Source of the DNA: Candidatus Woesearchaeota archaeon
GTDB lineage: Archaea > Nanobdellota > Nanobdellia > Nanobdellales > CAZNIQ01
Length of the DNA: 14,533 nucleotides
Direction: 5' to 3'
Assembly (NCBI GenBank): GCA_964573185.1
Contig: CAZNIQ010000017.1
Location: 1 to 14,533 of the forward strand
Position numbers and translations under genes: made by a program. Each line of letters starts with the position of its first letter. Within the stretch, counting starts at the first letter, position 1. Below the pieces are notes generated by a model. The model saw nothing but the letters and a program-made list of their open reading frames with translations, was not told where the DNA came from and searched no databases. Of this stretch, positions 6,409 through 13,361 are shown in pieces.

Positions 6409-7951
6409 ATATTTTTTCTAAGACCTTCTCTTTATCTACATAAAATTCATTTACTATTCTTGTAAACTCTCTATAATCTCTTATCTTATTTCTTACCATC
6501 CATTGTAACACTTCCTTTCTTTCTTTTATATCTTCTCTCACATCTCTTAATACAAACCCTCTTTTCCTTGCCAACTTCTTAAACAATTCTTTTATCTCCG
6601 ATTCTACAAAGGTATCGTTTTCAGGATCCCAAACAAAAGCTTTGTTCGTTTCAACAGTGCTATATTTATAATTTACTTTTGTAACTTCTGTAACTTCCTT
6701 AATTCTTCTAGCTGAAGGAGAAATTTCTTTAGCATGGACTATAAAAATAAAGAGATCTAGATGTTCTATTAGTTCTATAGGTAAGTTTATTGGAGGTGTA
6801 GTTAATCTCCTAACAACGGATGTCACGGAATCTGCGTGAATAGTTCCCATGCAAGCATGTCCAGAAGCCATTCCTTGAAATAAAACGTAAGCTTCTTTTC
6901 CTCTCACTTCTCCAACTATAACGTAGTCTGGCCTTTGTCTAAAGGATTCCTTTAATAAATCGAACATCGTAACCTCACCATACCTTTTACCAGTTTCATC
7001 TGGGGGCCCAAAACCTTCCCTAGTTACTGTAGGTATCCAATTCTCATGATATAATTGAATTTCTCTTGTATCTTCAATGGAAATTACCTTTGCTTCCTTT
7101 GGAATAAACATAGCAATAGCATTTAATAATGTAGTCTTTCCAGCACCGGTCTCACCTCCTATTAAGATATTAGCTTTATGTTCTACCGCCCACCAGAGGT
7201 AAGCAGCAATGTCTACATTCATAGTACCATTTAGTATTAAGTCAACTGGTGTCCAGGGTTCCTTCCTAAACTTTCTTATAGTAAATGTCGGACCCCTTGT
7301 TGTGATATCAGAAGTATAAGTTGCGTTAACTCTTGAACCGTCAGGTAGAATACCATCCAAGTAGGGTTCTGCATAAGATATATATCTTCCAGCTTTTTGC
7401 GCAAGTTTTATTACGAATTTTTCTAATTCCTCATTTGAATTAAAAATAATATTAGTCTTTAGGGATCCGTATTTTGAATGATAAACGAATATCGGAATTC
7501 CAACACCATCACAAGAGATATCTTCAATAAAAGGATCATGCATTAAGGGTTCTATTTTACCTAAACCTATAGTATCTCTTATAATGTAATAGACGAGCTT
7601 TAGATATTCCGATTTCTTAGGATGGTAATTTAATTCTTTCAAAATTTGATTAATCTTTTCTACAATGTATTTTTCAGCATCTTTTCTATCTAAGTTTACA
7701 ACTTCAATATCTACTAGGTCGTATAATCTATCTTTTACTATTTCTAAGATCTCTTTTTCTTTCTCATTTAGCGGGGGCTCTATTACGTAATATCTTAGTT
7801 CTTCAGAATGGGGGTCCCAAAAGATATAAGCATACGCAAAACCGTGAATTAGAGGATATATTACTTTCAGCTTAAAAAGATCTTCTTTTTTCTTAATTGT
7901 AGGTAAATTTGGAATTTTCGGTATAGATTCAAATAGTCTGAATATATCCAT
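6395..7951 (-). CDS. type II/IV secretion-family ATPase (FlaI/ArlI/PilB-like)
   Basis: 518 aa. Walker A is GGETGAGKTT, the Asp/Walker B box is RPDYVIVGEVRG and the His box is GHACMGTIHA. The N-terminal domain is typical of archaeal FlaI-type ATPases. Confidence 0.9.
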   Translation of the reverse strand: MDIFRLFESIPKIPNLPTIKKKEDLFKLKVIYPLIHGFAYAYIFWDPHSEELRYYVIEPPLNEKEKEILEIVKDRLYDLVDIEVVNLDRKDAEKYIVEKINQILKELNYHPKKSEYLKLVYYIIRDTIGLGKIEPLMHDPFIEDISCDGVGIPIFVYHSKYGSLKTNIIFNSNEELEKFVIKLAQKAGRYISYAEPYLDGILPDGSRVNATYTSDITTRGPTFTIRKFRKEPWTPVDLILNGTMNVDIAAYLWWAVEHKANILIGGETGAGKTTLLNAIAMFIPKEAKVISIEDTREIQLYHENWIPTVTREGFGPPDETGKRYGEVTMFDLLKESFRQRPDYVIVGEVRGKEAYVLFQGMASGHACMGTIHADSVTSVVRRLTTPPINLPIELIEHLDLFIFIVHAKEISPSARRIKEVTEVTKVNYKYSTVETNKAFVWDPENDTFVESEIKELFKKLARKRGFVLRDVREDIKERKEVLQWMVRNKIRDYREFTRIVNEFYVDKEKVLEKIYESS

Positions 7952-8115
7952 TATATATTTTTAGGAATGATAGTATAAAAAGTTCCATTTACTACTTCAA
8001 AGGAAATACTTCTAAAATTATAACTAAAGATAATAGTTTTTGCTAGAAAAATAAAAGAAATTATCAAAGTGAAATAAATTATATAGGTAAGGATAGTCTC
8101 AATAGTTACTCTCAT
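7951..8115 (-). CDS. small membrane protein (54 aa) with a pilin-like N-terminal hydrophobic helix
   Basis: Hand translation: MRVTIETILTYIIYFTLIISFIFLAKTIIFSYNFRSISFEVVNGTFYTIIPKNI. Its ATG overlaps the upstream stop (ATGA, 8112-8115) and its TAA overlaps the FlaI-like ATG (TAATG, 7949-7953). The ORF therefore exactly fills the apparent 160-nt gap in the operon. Below the length cutoff of the ORF track. Confidence 0.55.
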   Translation of the reverse strand: MRVTIETILTYIIYFTLIISFIFLAKTIIFSYNFRSISFEVVNGTFYTIIPKNI

Positions 8116-8597
8116 CTAATTTCTATTCCATTTATTGTTTTTACAAACAGCAACCTGCATCTTTTACAATCTATATTGCAACTTCTGCTTACATTTGTTT
8201 TATAAATAAAAGCAATTCTTCCTACACAGCCATAATACAAATTAGGATAAACTTCTGTAAAAGTATTGTTACTAAAATAAGCTATTTTCCCATTGTATAT
8301 TACTGTTTTATTGTTTAAATCTAATTTTCCTTCACAATTTTTGCTTAGAATAAATAGAATTCCGTTATTTAAGCATATTATCTGTACATCTGATAATTCA
8401 TAATAAATTGAAGAATTGTAATAGAGATGAGAAAGGAAATTTAAAGTATTTGCCAAATCATAGATATCGTTCATCCTTTCCTTTAAAAGAAATTCCGCTC
8501 TTATCTTTGGGGAGAGATAATAGAAGAAAGTGAAGGAAGAAAAAACTATTGTTAAAATTATTAATGTTGTTATTACAAGATCTATAAACTGTTCCAC
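8112..8597 (-). CDS. hypothetical secreted/membrane-anchored protein with an N-terminal hydrophobic helix and a Cys-rich C-terminal part (possible pilin-like or accessory subunit)
   Basis: 161 aa. The N-terminus is MEQFIDLVITTLIILTIVFSSFTFFYYL, followed by an N/Y/S-rich domain containing 6 Cys. The start is GTG. It lies directly upstream of, and is coupled to, the FlaI-like operon. There is no clear class III signal-peptide cleavage motif. Confidence 0.65.
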   Translation of the reverse strand: MEQFIDLVITTLIILTIVFSSFTFFYYLSPKIRAEFLLKERMNDIYDLANTLNFLSHLYYNSSIYYELSDVQIICLNNGILFILSKNCEGKLDLNNKTVIYNGKIAYFSNNTFTEVYPNLYYGCVGRIAFIYKTNVSRSCNIDCKRCRLLFVKTINGIEIR

Positions 8598-8614
8598 AAA
8601 TTAAAAAAGAAAAA

Positions 8615-8980
8615 TTATTTGAGGTGTTCTAAGGCGTTTACCAAAGCGGCAACTAATCCCAAGATCGCTGCTAACAAATATCCTAATGCTACAAGATATT
8701 GGGCATATACTTCAGATATTCCTGCTACTTTGAATGGTGTTACTAACAATGTTGAAGCTGCAGCAAATACTGCAAACAAAGCTGCTGCTTGTAACCACCT
8801 TTTAGCTTTTTCGGATAAACCTAATCTCTCTGCTAAGGGAACTAGTGCTGAAAATCCAAATGCTACAGTTAATCCCAACAGAAATGGTCCTAATACTGGT
8901 AGTGAATACAACCCTAAAGCGTTTGCTACACCTGCTGCAACTAACAAAGCTATCAAATCCAAGTTCTCTCTCCAGGCCAT
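8615..8980 (-). CDS. small Ala/Leu/Gly-rich polytopic membrane protein, unknown function
   Basis: 121 aa with about four hydrophobic segments separated by AERLGLSEKAKRW and TPFKVAG. It is co-oriented with the pilus-like operon and sits 17 nt upstream of it. The antisense ORF 8619..8990 is low-complexity N/A/T-rich, which looks like a GCN-codon mirror artefact. Confidence 0.6.
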   Translation of the reverse strand: MAWRENLDLIALLVAAGVANALGLYSLPVLGPFLLGLTVAFGFSALVPLAERLGLSEKAKRWLQAAALFAVFAAASTLLVTPFKVAGISEVYAQYLVALGYLLAAILGLVAALVNALEHLK

Positions 8981-9039
8981 TAAATTATAGTTTACAATTT
9001 TGTTATTAACAATTTATAACTACTGATTTATAATATAGT

Positions 9040-11052
9040 TTAAAAAGGAGGTTTTAATAGTTCCTTTAATTTAGTTGGAAGTTCCTTAATATCTATCCTT
9101 ATCTGTTCCATAGTATCTCTAAATCTTATAGTTACTGTATTGTCTTCTAAAGTCTGATAATCTATTGTAATACAATATGGAGTTCCTATTTCATCCTGTC
9201 TCCTATATCTTTTACCAATTGATCCTGAATCATCATAATAAACTCTAAAGCCTTTTTTTCTCAATAATTCATATGCTTCTTTCGCCTTTTCAACCAACTC
9301 CTTTTTGTTTGAAAGTAATGGAAACACAGCAACTTCTATAGGAGCCAAATATTCTGGTAACTTTAATACTATTCTTATCTCGTTGTTTACTTTTTCTTCT
9401 GTATAAGCTAGATATAGTAAAGCAAAGATATTTCTGTCCACACCAAAGGAAAGCTCTAATTCGACTGGTAATATTCTTCTTCCATCTGGTTTGGTTATTA
9501 TAAATCCTAAATCTTCTGAAAGAATTAAATGATTGTATAAATCGTAACCAACAAGTACTTTTTCCTTATTCTCTAATACTTTTTCCAAAGCTTTCCTAAC
9601 TTTTTTACTTTTTATTTTATCCAAATCTTCTTTCTTCAATTCTATAGCTCTAAAATGTATGCCTCCAACTTCTACCCATCCTAGTTCATCTAAATATACT
9701 TCTACATCAAAGTGGTATTTATTGTAAAAGGATCTTTCTTCTTCAGAAAGCTCAAAGAATCTGAATCTTTCTTTTGGTATTTTTAATACATTTAAATAAA
9801 ATTCTTGAACCTTATATAAGAAGTATAAATAGAATTTCGGATAACCTCTTCTTTCTAATTCTTCTAAGGATTTTTCAAAGAAATCTTTTCCCTTTTCCCT
9901 GTCTTCAACCAAAAGAACATTTATTTTTTTGTCTTTAACTTTTTCAAATTCTTTATCAAAGGGATTGTCCTCTAAATCGAAGAAGATCTGTAGTTCTGCT
10001 TGAGTAAATTCTCTTAATCTTAATAAAGCTTGTCTTGGAGAGATCTCATTCCTAAAAGCTTTTCCAATAACGAATAGACCTAAAGGTAATCTAGCTCTTT
10101 GAAAGTTTATTTCTTTTGGAAAATTAACATAGGGTCCTTGTGCAGTTTCTGGTCTTAAGAACATTCTGTTCTCCAACACATCTTTATAAGATTTGTAGAT
10201 ATTATAAGCCAGCTCTTCAAAATCTATATTAGTGTTAATTTCCTTACATTTATCTAATATTTTTTCAAATTCTTTATCCAAATCTACGTTTTCATACTTG
10301 TCAATATTTTTTTCAACAATTTCTTTTGGATCCCTATCCTTTATATAAAAATAAGCTTTTCTTCCCAGAACATCATATTTTAATACTTTTGTAAAATCTT
10401 CATTGAAAATATAAACAATAAAATCTTTTTCTAATAAATATAATTCTTCTTTTTCAAATACTTCTTTTAACAAAGTAATAAATTCTAATCCGTCTTCTGT
10501 TTCAAAATTGTATTTTATTTCTTTTAGCTTCTTAAGATATTTTTCTTGAGTTTCAAATATTTTTTTCAGCTCATTTAAATATAGGAAAAGATTTCCAGAT
10601 TCTACCCCTACAAATATAGGAAACATTAAATTAAATAATTTAACTTTAGATAATTTTGACCCACATTCCGGACAAACAATTTTTCCTTCTTCAAAGATTC
10701 TATTCATTTCTTCTATCGTGAGACTCTCAGCCTTAATTCCTAGTTTTTCCTCTATAAGTTTATCAGCTCTAAACCTATGACCGTTGGGACATTCTGTAAC
10801 AGGATCTACGAATAACTCCAAATGTTTAGAAGCTCTGAATACGTTTTCATGCATAATTTCACAAGGTTCTATTTCCCAAACGTTATCAAATAAGGAATAG
10901 AAGAATTTTCTAAATAGATTTTCAAGCTTTCTTTTCAAAGCAGTTCCTAGAGAACCGTAATCATAAAATCCAGCTTTACCGCCATAGATTCCACAAGACT
11001 TATAAAAGAAACCCCTCCTTTCTGCAAGATTTACTACTTTCTCAAATTTCAT
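9040..11052 (-). CDS. glyS: glycine--tRNA ligase (class II, archaeal/eukaryotic alpha2 type) with lineage-specific insertions
   Basis: Motifs seen: RRGFFYKSCGIYGG, FNLMF, LRPETAQG, FRNEISPR, FTQAE, ELSFGVDR and an anticodon-binding C-terminus (IGKRYRRQDEIGTPYCITID). At 670 aa it is, from recollection, about 90-100 aa longer than typical archaeal GlyRS. Confidence 0.95.
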   Translation of the reverse strand: MKFEKVVNLAERRGFFYKSCGIYGGKAGFYDYGSLGTALKRKLENLFRKFFYSLFDNVWEIEPCEIMHENVFRASKHLELFVDPVTECPNGHRFRADKLIEEKLGIKAESLTIEEMNRIFEEGKIVCPECGSKLSKVKLFNLMFPIFVGVESGNLFLYLNELKKIFETQEKYLKKLKEIKYNFETEDGLEFITLLKEVFEKEELYLLEKDFIVYIFNEDFTKVLKYDVLGRKAYFYIKDRDPKEIVEKNIDKYENVDLDKEFEKILDKCKEINTNIDFEELAYNIYKSYKDVLENRMFLRPETAQGPYVNFPKEINFQRARLPLGLFVIGKAFRNEISPRQALLRLREFTQAELQIFFDLEDNPFDKEFEKVKDKKINVLLVEDREKGKDFFEKSLEELERRGYPKFYLYFLYKVQEFYLNVLKIPKERFRFFELSEEERSFYNKYHFDVEVYLDELGWVEVGGIHFRAIELKKEDLDKIKSKKVRKALEKVLENKEKVLVGYDLYNHLILSEDLGFIITKPDGRRILPVELELSFGVDRNIFALLYLAYTEEKVNNEIRIVLKLPEYLAPIEVAVFPLLSNKKELVEKAKEAYELLRKKGFRVYYDDSGSIGKRYRRQDEIGTPYCITIDYQTLEDNTVTIRFRDTMEQIRIDIKELPTKLKELLKPPF

Positions 11053-11078
11053 AAGCTTTCAATGTAAGTACTCTTAAA

Positions 11079-11774
11079 ATGTTTATTGTAACGGAAGATG
11101 TTAAGGAATATCGTAAAAAAGCTTTAGAGTATGTTACAGAAGAAGATATAGTCTTAGAAGTTGGATGTGCTGATGGCGTTACTTCTTATCTTTTATCTAA
11201 AAAAGCCAAAAAAGTGGTAGGGATAGATAAATCTAAAGAGGCTATTGAAAGAGCTTTAAAACGTTGGAAAAAAGAAAATCTAGAATTTTATCTAATGGAT
11301 GGGTTTGATATTAGAAGAATTTTAAGAAAATTTGGGAAGGTTTTTACAGTAATTTTAATAGATATTTCAGGATCCAGAGATCCTTCAGATGTATTAAGAC
11401 TAGCAATTTCTTATGAAAAAGCTTTTAATCCAAGATTAATTATCATAAAGAACAGACCTCTTAAAAAATTTGTTGAAAAGGTTATTTATAATGACTTTAA
11501 AATAAAAGATATTAATGAATTGATGTATTACTTAAAAAGAGAATGGGAAAAGTTAAATATTGTTTTTAAAGAAGTGAAGCTTGTTAAAGAAGAATATAAA
11601 GATTTATGGGAAATGGTCTTATCTTATTACAATGATTTAAAATATTTTTATGAGAAAAGAGATTATGTGAAAGTTTTTGAGTTGGAAAATTATATATGGG
11701 GTCTTCTAGATGCTTTAGCAAATTTAAAAGCTTTAGAAATCCCTGAAAAAATTAAAAGATGGTTTAAAATATAG
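11079..11774 (+). CDS. SAM-dependent methyltransferase with an extra C-terminal helical domain, substrate unknown
   Basis: VLEVGCADGVTS is SAM-binding motif I. VVGIDKS (motif II) and ILIDISG follow. The C-terminal ~80 aa (YYNDLKYFYEKRDYVKVFELENYIWGLLDALANL) resembles a small archaeal helical domain (DUF357-like, from memory). Confidence 0.7.
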   Translation: MFIVTEDVKEYRKKALEYVTEEDIVLEVGCADGVTSYLLSKKAKKVVGIDKSKEAIERALKRWKKENLEFYLMDGFDIRRILRKFGKVFTVILIDISGSRDPSDVLRLAISYEKAFNPRLIIIKNRPLKKFVEKVIYNDFKIKDINELMYYLKREWEKLNIVFKEVKLVKEEYKDLWEMVLSYYNDLKYFYEKRDYVKVFELENYIWGLLDALANLKALEIPEKIKRWFKI

Positions 11775-11779
11775 TTCTA

Positions 11780-11827
11780 ATGATGACTTTGCCGCGTCCT
11801 GATTATGATGAAACCGATGGGAACTGA
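11780..11827 (+). ncRNA. box C/D sRNA (double guide, canonical)
   Basis: Layout:
- C box aUGAUGA (11780-11786).
- 12-nt guide CUUUGCCGCGUC (11787-11798).
- D' CUGA (11799-11802).
- Linker UUA.
- C' UGAUGA (11806-11811).
- 12-nt guide AACCGAUGGGAA (11812-11823).
- D CUGA (11824-11827).
All four boxes are perfect consensus and the spacing is the archaeal 12/3/12. The guides are G+C-rich islands in AT-rich DNA. Confidence 0.85.
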
Positions 11828-11834
11828 ATTAAAA
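11827..11834 (+). promoter_or_regulatory. candidate TATA-like element for rnj; overlaps the last base of the sRNA D box
   Basis: AATTAAAA is centred ~24-25 nt upstream of the ATG at 11855. The stronger-looking TATATAAT at 11841-11848 is only ~11 nt from the ATG, too close to serve a start at 11855. The conserved RNase J N-terminus supports the 11855 start. Confidence 0.3.
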
Positions 11835-11854
11835 ACTTTCTATATAATTTTTCT

Positions 11855-13186
11855 ATGGAAATAGAGATCAAAGCTTTAGGAGGGTATGAAGAAGTTGGAA
11901 GAAATATGACTGCTCTGAGAATTGATGATGAAGTGATAATTTTAGATATGGGATTGCATGTAGATAGAATAGTTTCATATGGAGAAAGAGATGCCTTGCA
12001 AAAATTGCCTTTAGAAAAATTATATGAGATAGAAGCATTACCAGATGATAGATTGATAGAAAATTGGAGGGACAAAGTTAAAGGCATTTTCATTTCTCAT
12101 GGTCATTTAGATCATGTTGCAGGAGCACCCTTCTTAGCTTCAAAATACAAAGCCCCCATTTATGCTACACCATTTACAATCGAAGTTCTAAAATTTTTAG
12201 CAAAAGATAATGGAGTTACTTTACCTAATCCTCTAAAAGCTGTTCCGCCTAATTCAAGAGTTAGAGTTTCTGATAAAATCGAAGTAGAATTTGTGTACGT
12301 GACGCATTCTATTCCTCATAGCACAATAATTGTTGTTCATACACCAGAAGGGGCAATTGTATATGCTTGCGATTATAAATGGGATAATCATCCTTTAATA
12401 GGTCAAACATCGAATGTAAAAAGGCTCAAAGAAATTGCAAGGGAAGAGGATATTTTAGCTTTAATTGTTGAAAGCACTAGAGTTGATGAAGAATCGAAAA
12501 CACCATCAGAAATAATTGCAAGATATATGTTAGAAGATGTGTTAAAGTCTTTAGAGGATACAAAAGCTATAATTGTTACAACCTTCTCTTCTCATATCGC
12601 AAGATTAAAATCCATATTTGAATTGGCTTGGGAAATAGATAGAATACCTGTTTTTCTTGGTAGGTCTTTAGCAAAGTATATTGGAGTTGCAGAGAAATTA
12701 GGTTTTATTAATTTTACAGAAGAGACTGATGTTCTAGGAAATCCAAAAGATATTGCTCAGAAGTTAAAAGAAGTACAATTGCAAAAAGACAAATATCTTT
12801 TAGTTGTCACGGGACATCAGGGAGAACCAGGTTCGGTTTTAGATAGAATGTCAAGAGAGCAATTGCCATGGAAATGGGATAAAGAAGATGTTGTTATTTT
12901 CTCTTCATTTGTAATTCCATATCCAACTAATATTGCAAACAGGCAAATAATTGAGCAAAGATTAAAACATAAAGGAGTACATATTATAAAAGATGTGCAT
13001 GTCTCGGGGCACGCTAGAAAAGAGGATCATAGAAGATTGTTAAGAATCTTAAAACCAAAATTAATAATTCCAATGCATGGGGAAATGCATAAAAGAGCAG
13101 CGTATGTTGAGTTAGCCATAGAAGAAGGGTATGAATTCGGAAAAGATGTTGTTTTATTACAAAATGGTCAAAGCATTAAAATATGA
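11855..13186 (+). CDS. rnj: ribonuclease J (archaeal beta-CASP metallo-beta-lactamase 5'-3' exoribonuclease)
   Basis: 443 aa. The N-terminus reads IKALGGYEEVGRNMT. The HGHLDH metallo-beta-lactamase motif is present. Beta-CASP-type downstream motifs are present, including a C-terminal VSGHA...PMHGE. The size fits archaeal RNase J, which lacks the bacterial C-terminal domain. Confidence 0.9.
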   Translation: MEIEIKALGGYEEVGRNMTALRIDDEVIILDMGLHVDRIVSYGERDALQKLPLEKLYEIEALPDDRLIENWRDKVKGIFISHGHLDHVAGAPFLASKYKAPIYATPFTIEVLKFLAKDNGVTLPNPLKAVPPNSRVRVSDKIEVEFVYVTHSIPHSTIIVVHTPEGAIVYACDYKWDNHPLIGQTSNVKRLKEIAREEDILALIVESTRVDEESKTPSEIIARYMLEDVLKSLEDTKAIIVTTFSSHIARLKSIFELAWEIDRIPVFLGRSLAKYIGVAEKLGFINFTEETDVLGNPKDIAQKLKEVQLQKDKYLLVVTGHQGEPGSVLDRMSREQLPWKWDKEDVVIFSSFVIPYPTNIANRQIIEQRLKHKGVHIIKDVHVSGHARKEDHRRLLRILKPKLIIPMHGEMHKRAAYVELAIEEGYEFGKDVVLLQNGQSIKI

Positions 13187-13231
13187 TGAGAGCTTCTACT
13201 CCTGACATATGATGAATGGAGGGGTTTCTGA
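13183..13231 (+). ncRNA. box C/D sRNA (double guide, canonical), with its C box fused to the rnj stop codon
   Basis: Layout:
- C box aUGAUGA (13183-13189). The first UGA (13184-13186) is the rnj stop.
- 12-nt guide GAGCUUCUACUC (13190-13201).
- D' CUGA (13202-13205).
- Linker CAUA.
- C' UGAUGA (13210-13215).
- 12-nt guide AUGGAGGGGUUU (13216-13227).
- D CUGA (13228-13231). Confidence 0.85.
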
Positions 13232-13361
13232 AGAATTAATAGAAAAAATTAAGGAAGAAGTAAGAAAAGTAGTAAAGGAAGAATTAGAAAAATTTGAAAG
13301 AAGATTATTAAATGAAATAATTTATATTTTATTTGGAGAAGAGGAAGAAGAATACTATTAA
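13209..13361 (+). CDS. candidate small protein (50 aa), helical with an acidic EEEEEYY C-terminus
   Basis: Hand translation: MMNGGVSEELIEKIKEEVRKVVKEELEKFERRLLNEIIYILFGEEEEEYY*. It is the only open frame across a 150-nt stretch that is otherwise unexplained in a genome with almost no non-coding DNA. Codon and strand composition match neighbouring genes. The start codons lie inside the C' box of the preceding sRNA. Below the ORF-track cutoff. Confidence 0.4.
   Translation: MMNGGVSEELIEKIKEEVRKVVKEELEKFERRLLNEIIYILFGEEEEEYY

Noticed and set aside
8619-8990. 123-aa plus-strand ORF mirroring the Ala-rich membrane protein gene
   Set aside because: It is a low-complexity N/A/T/K-rich product with no hydrophobic core or motif. 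Openness on both strands is expected for GCN-rich codons. The minus-strand ORF gives regular TM segments and is co-oriented with the operon. The rejection is not absolute; strand-specific data would settle it.
9001-9020. Near-palindrome TTGTTATTAACAA upstream of the Ala-rich gene as an operator site
   Set aside because: It has only 5-bp perfect arms in pure A/T-rich sequence, which is expected by chance in this composition. It overlaps the probable TATA region. There is not enough evidence for a regulator-binding site.
9045-9051. Shine-Dalgarno-like AAGGAGG on the plus strand
   Set aside because: It is the antisense of the last GlyRS codons (Pro-Pro-Phe-stop). No plus-strand gene follows it.
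10165-10590. GlyRS insertion considered as an intein or mobile insertion
   Set aside because: There is no Cys/Ser/Thr at the N-terminal junction, no His-Asn plus Cys/Ser/Thr at the C-terminal junction, and no homing-endonuclease (LAGLIDADG/HNH) motifs. Composition matches the host gene.
11841-11848. TATATAAT as the rnj TATA box
   Set aside because: It lies only ~11 nt from the ATG at 11855, whose encoded N-terminus (IKALGGYEEVGRN) is conserved in RNase J. A TSS ~24 nt downstream of this element would fall inside the CDS. It may be fortuitous A/T-rich sequence.
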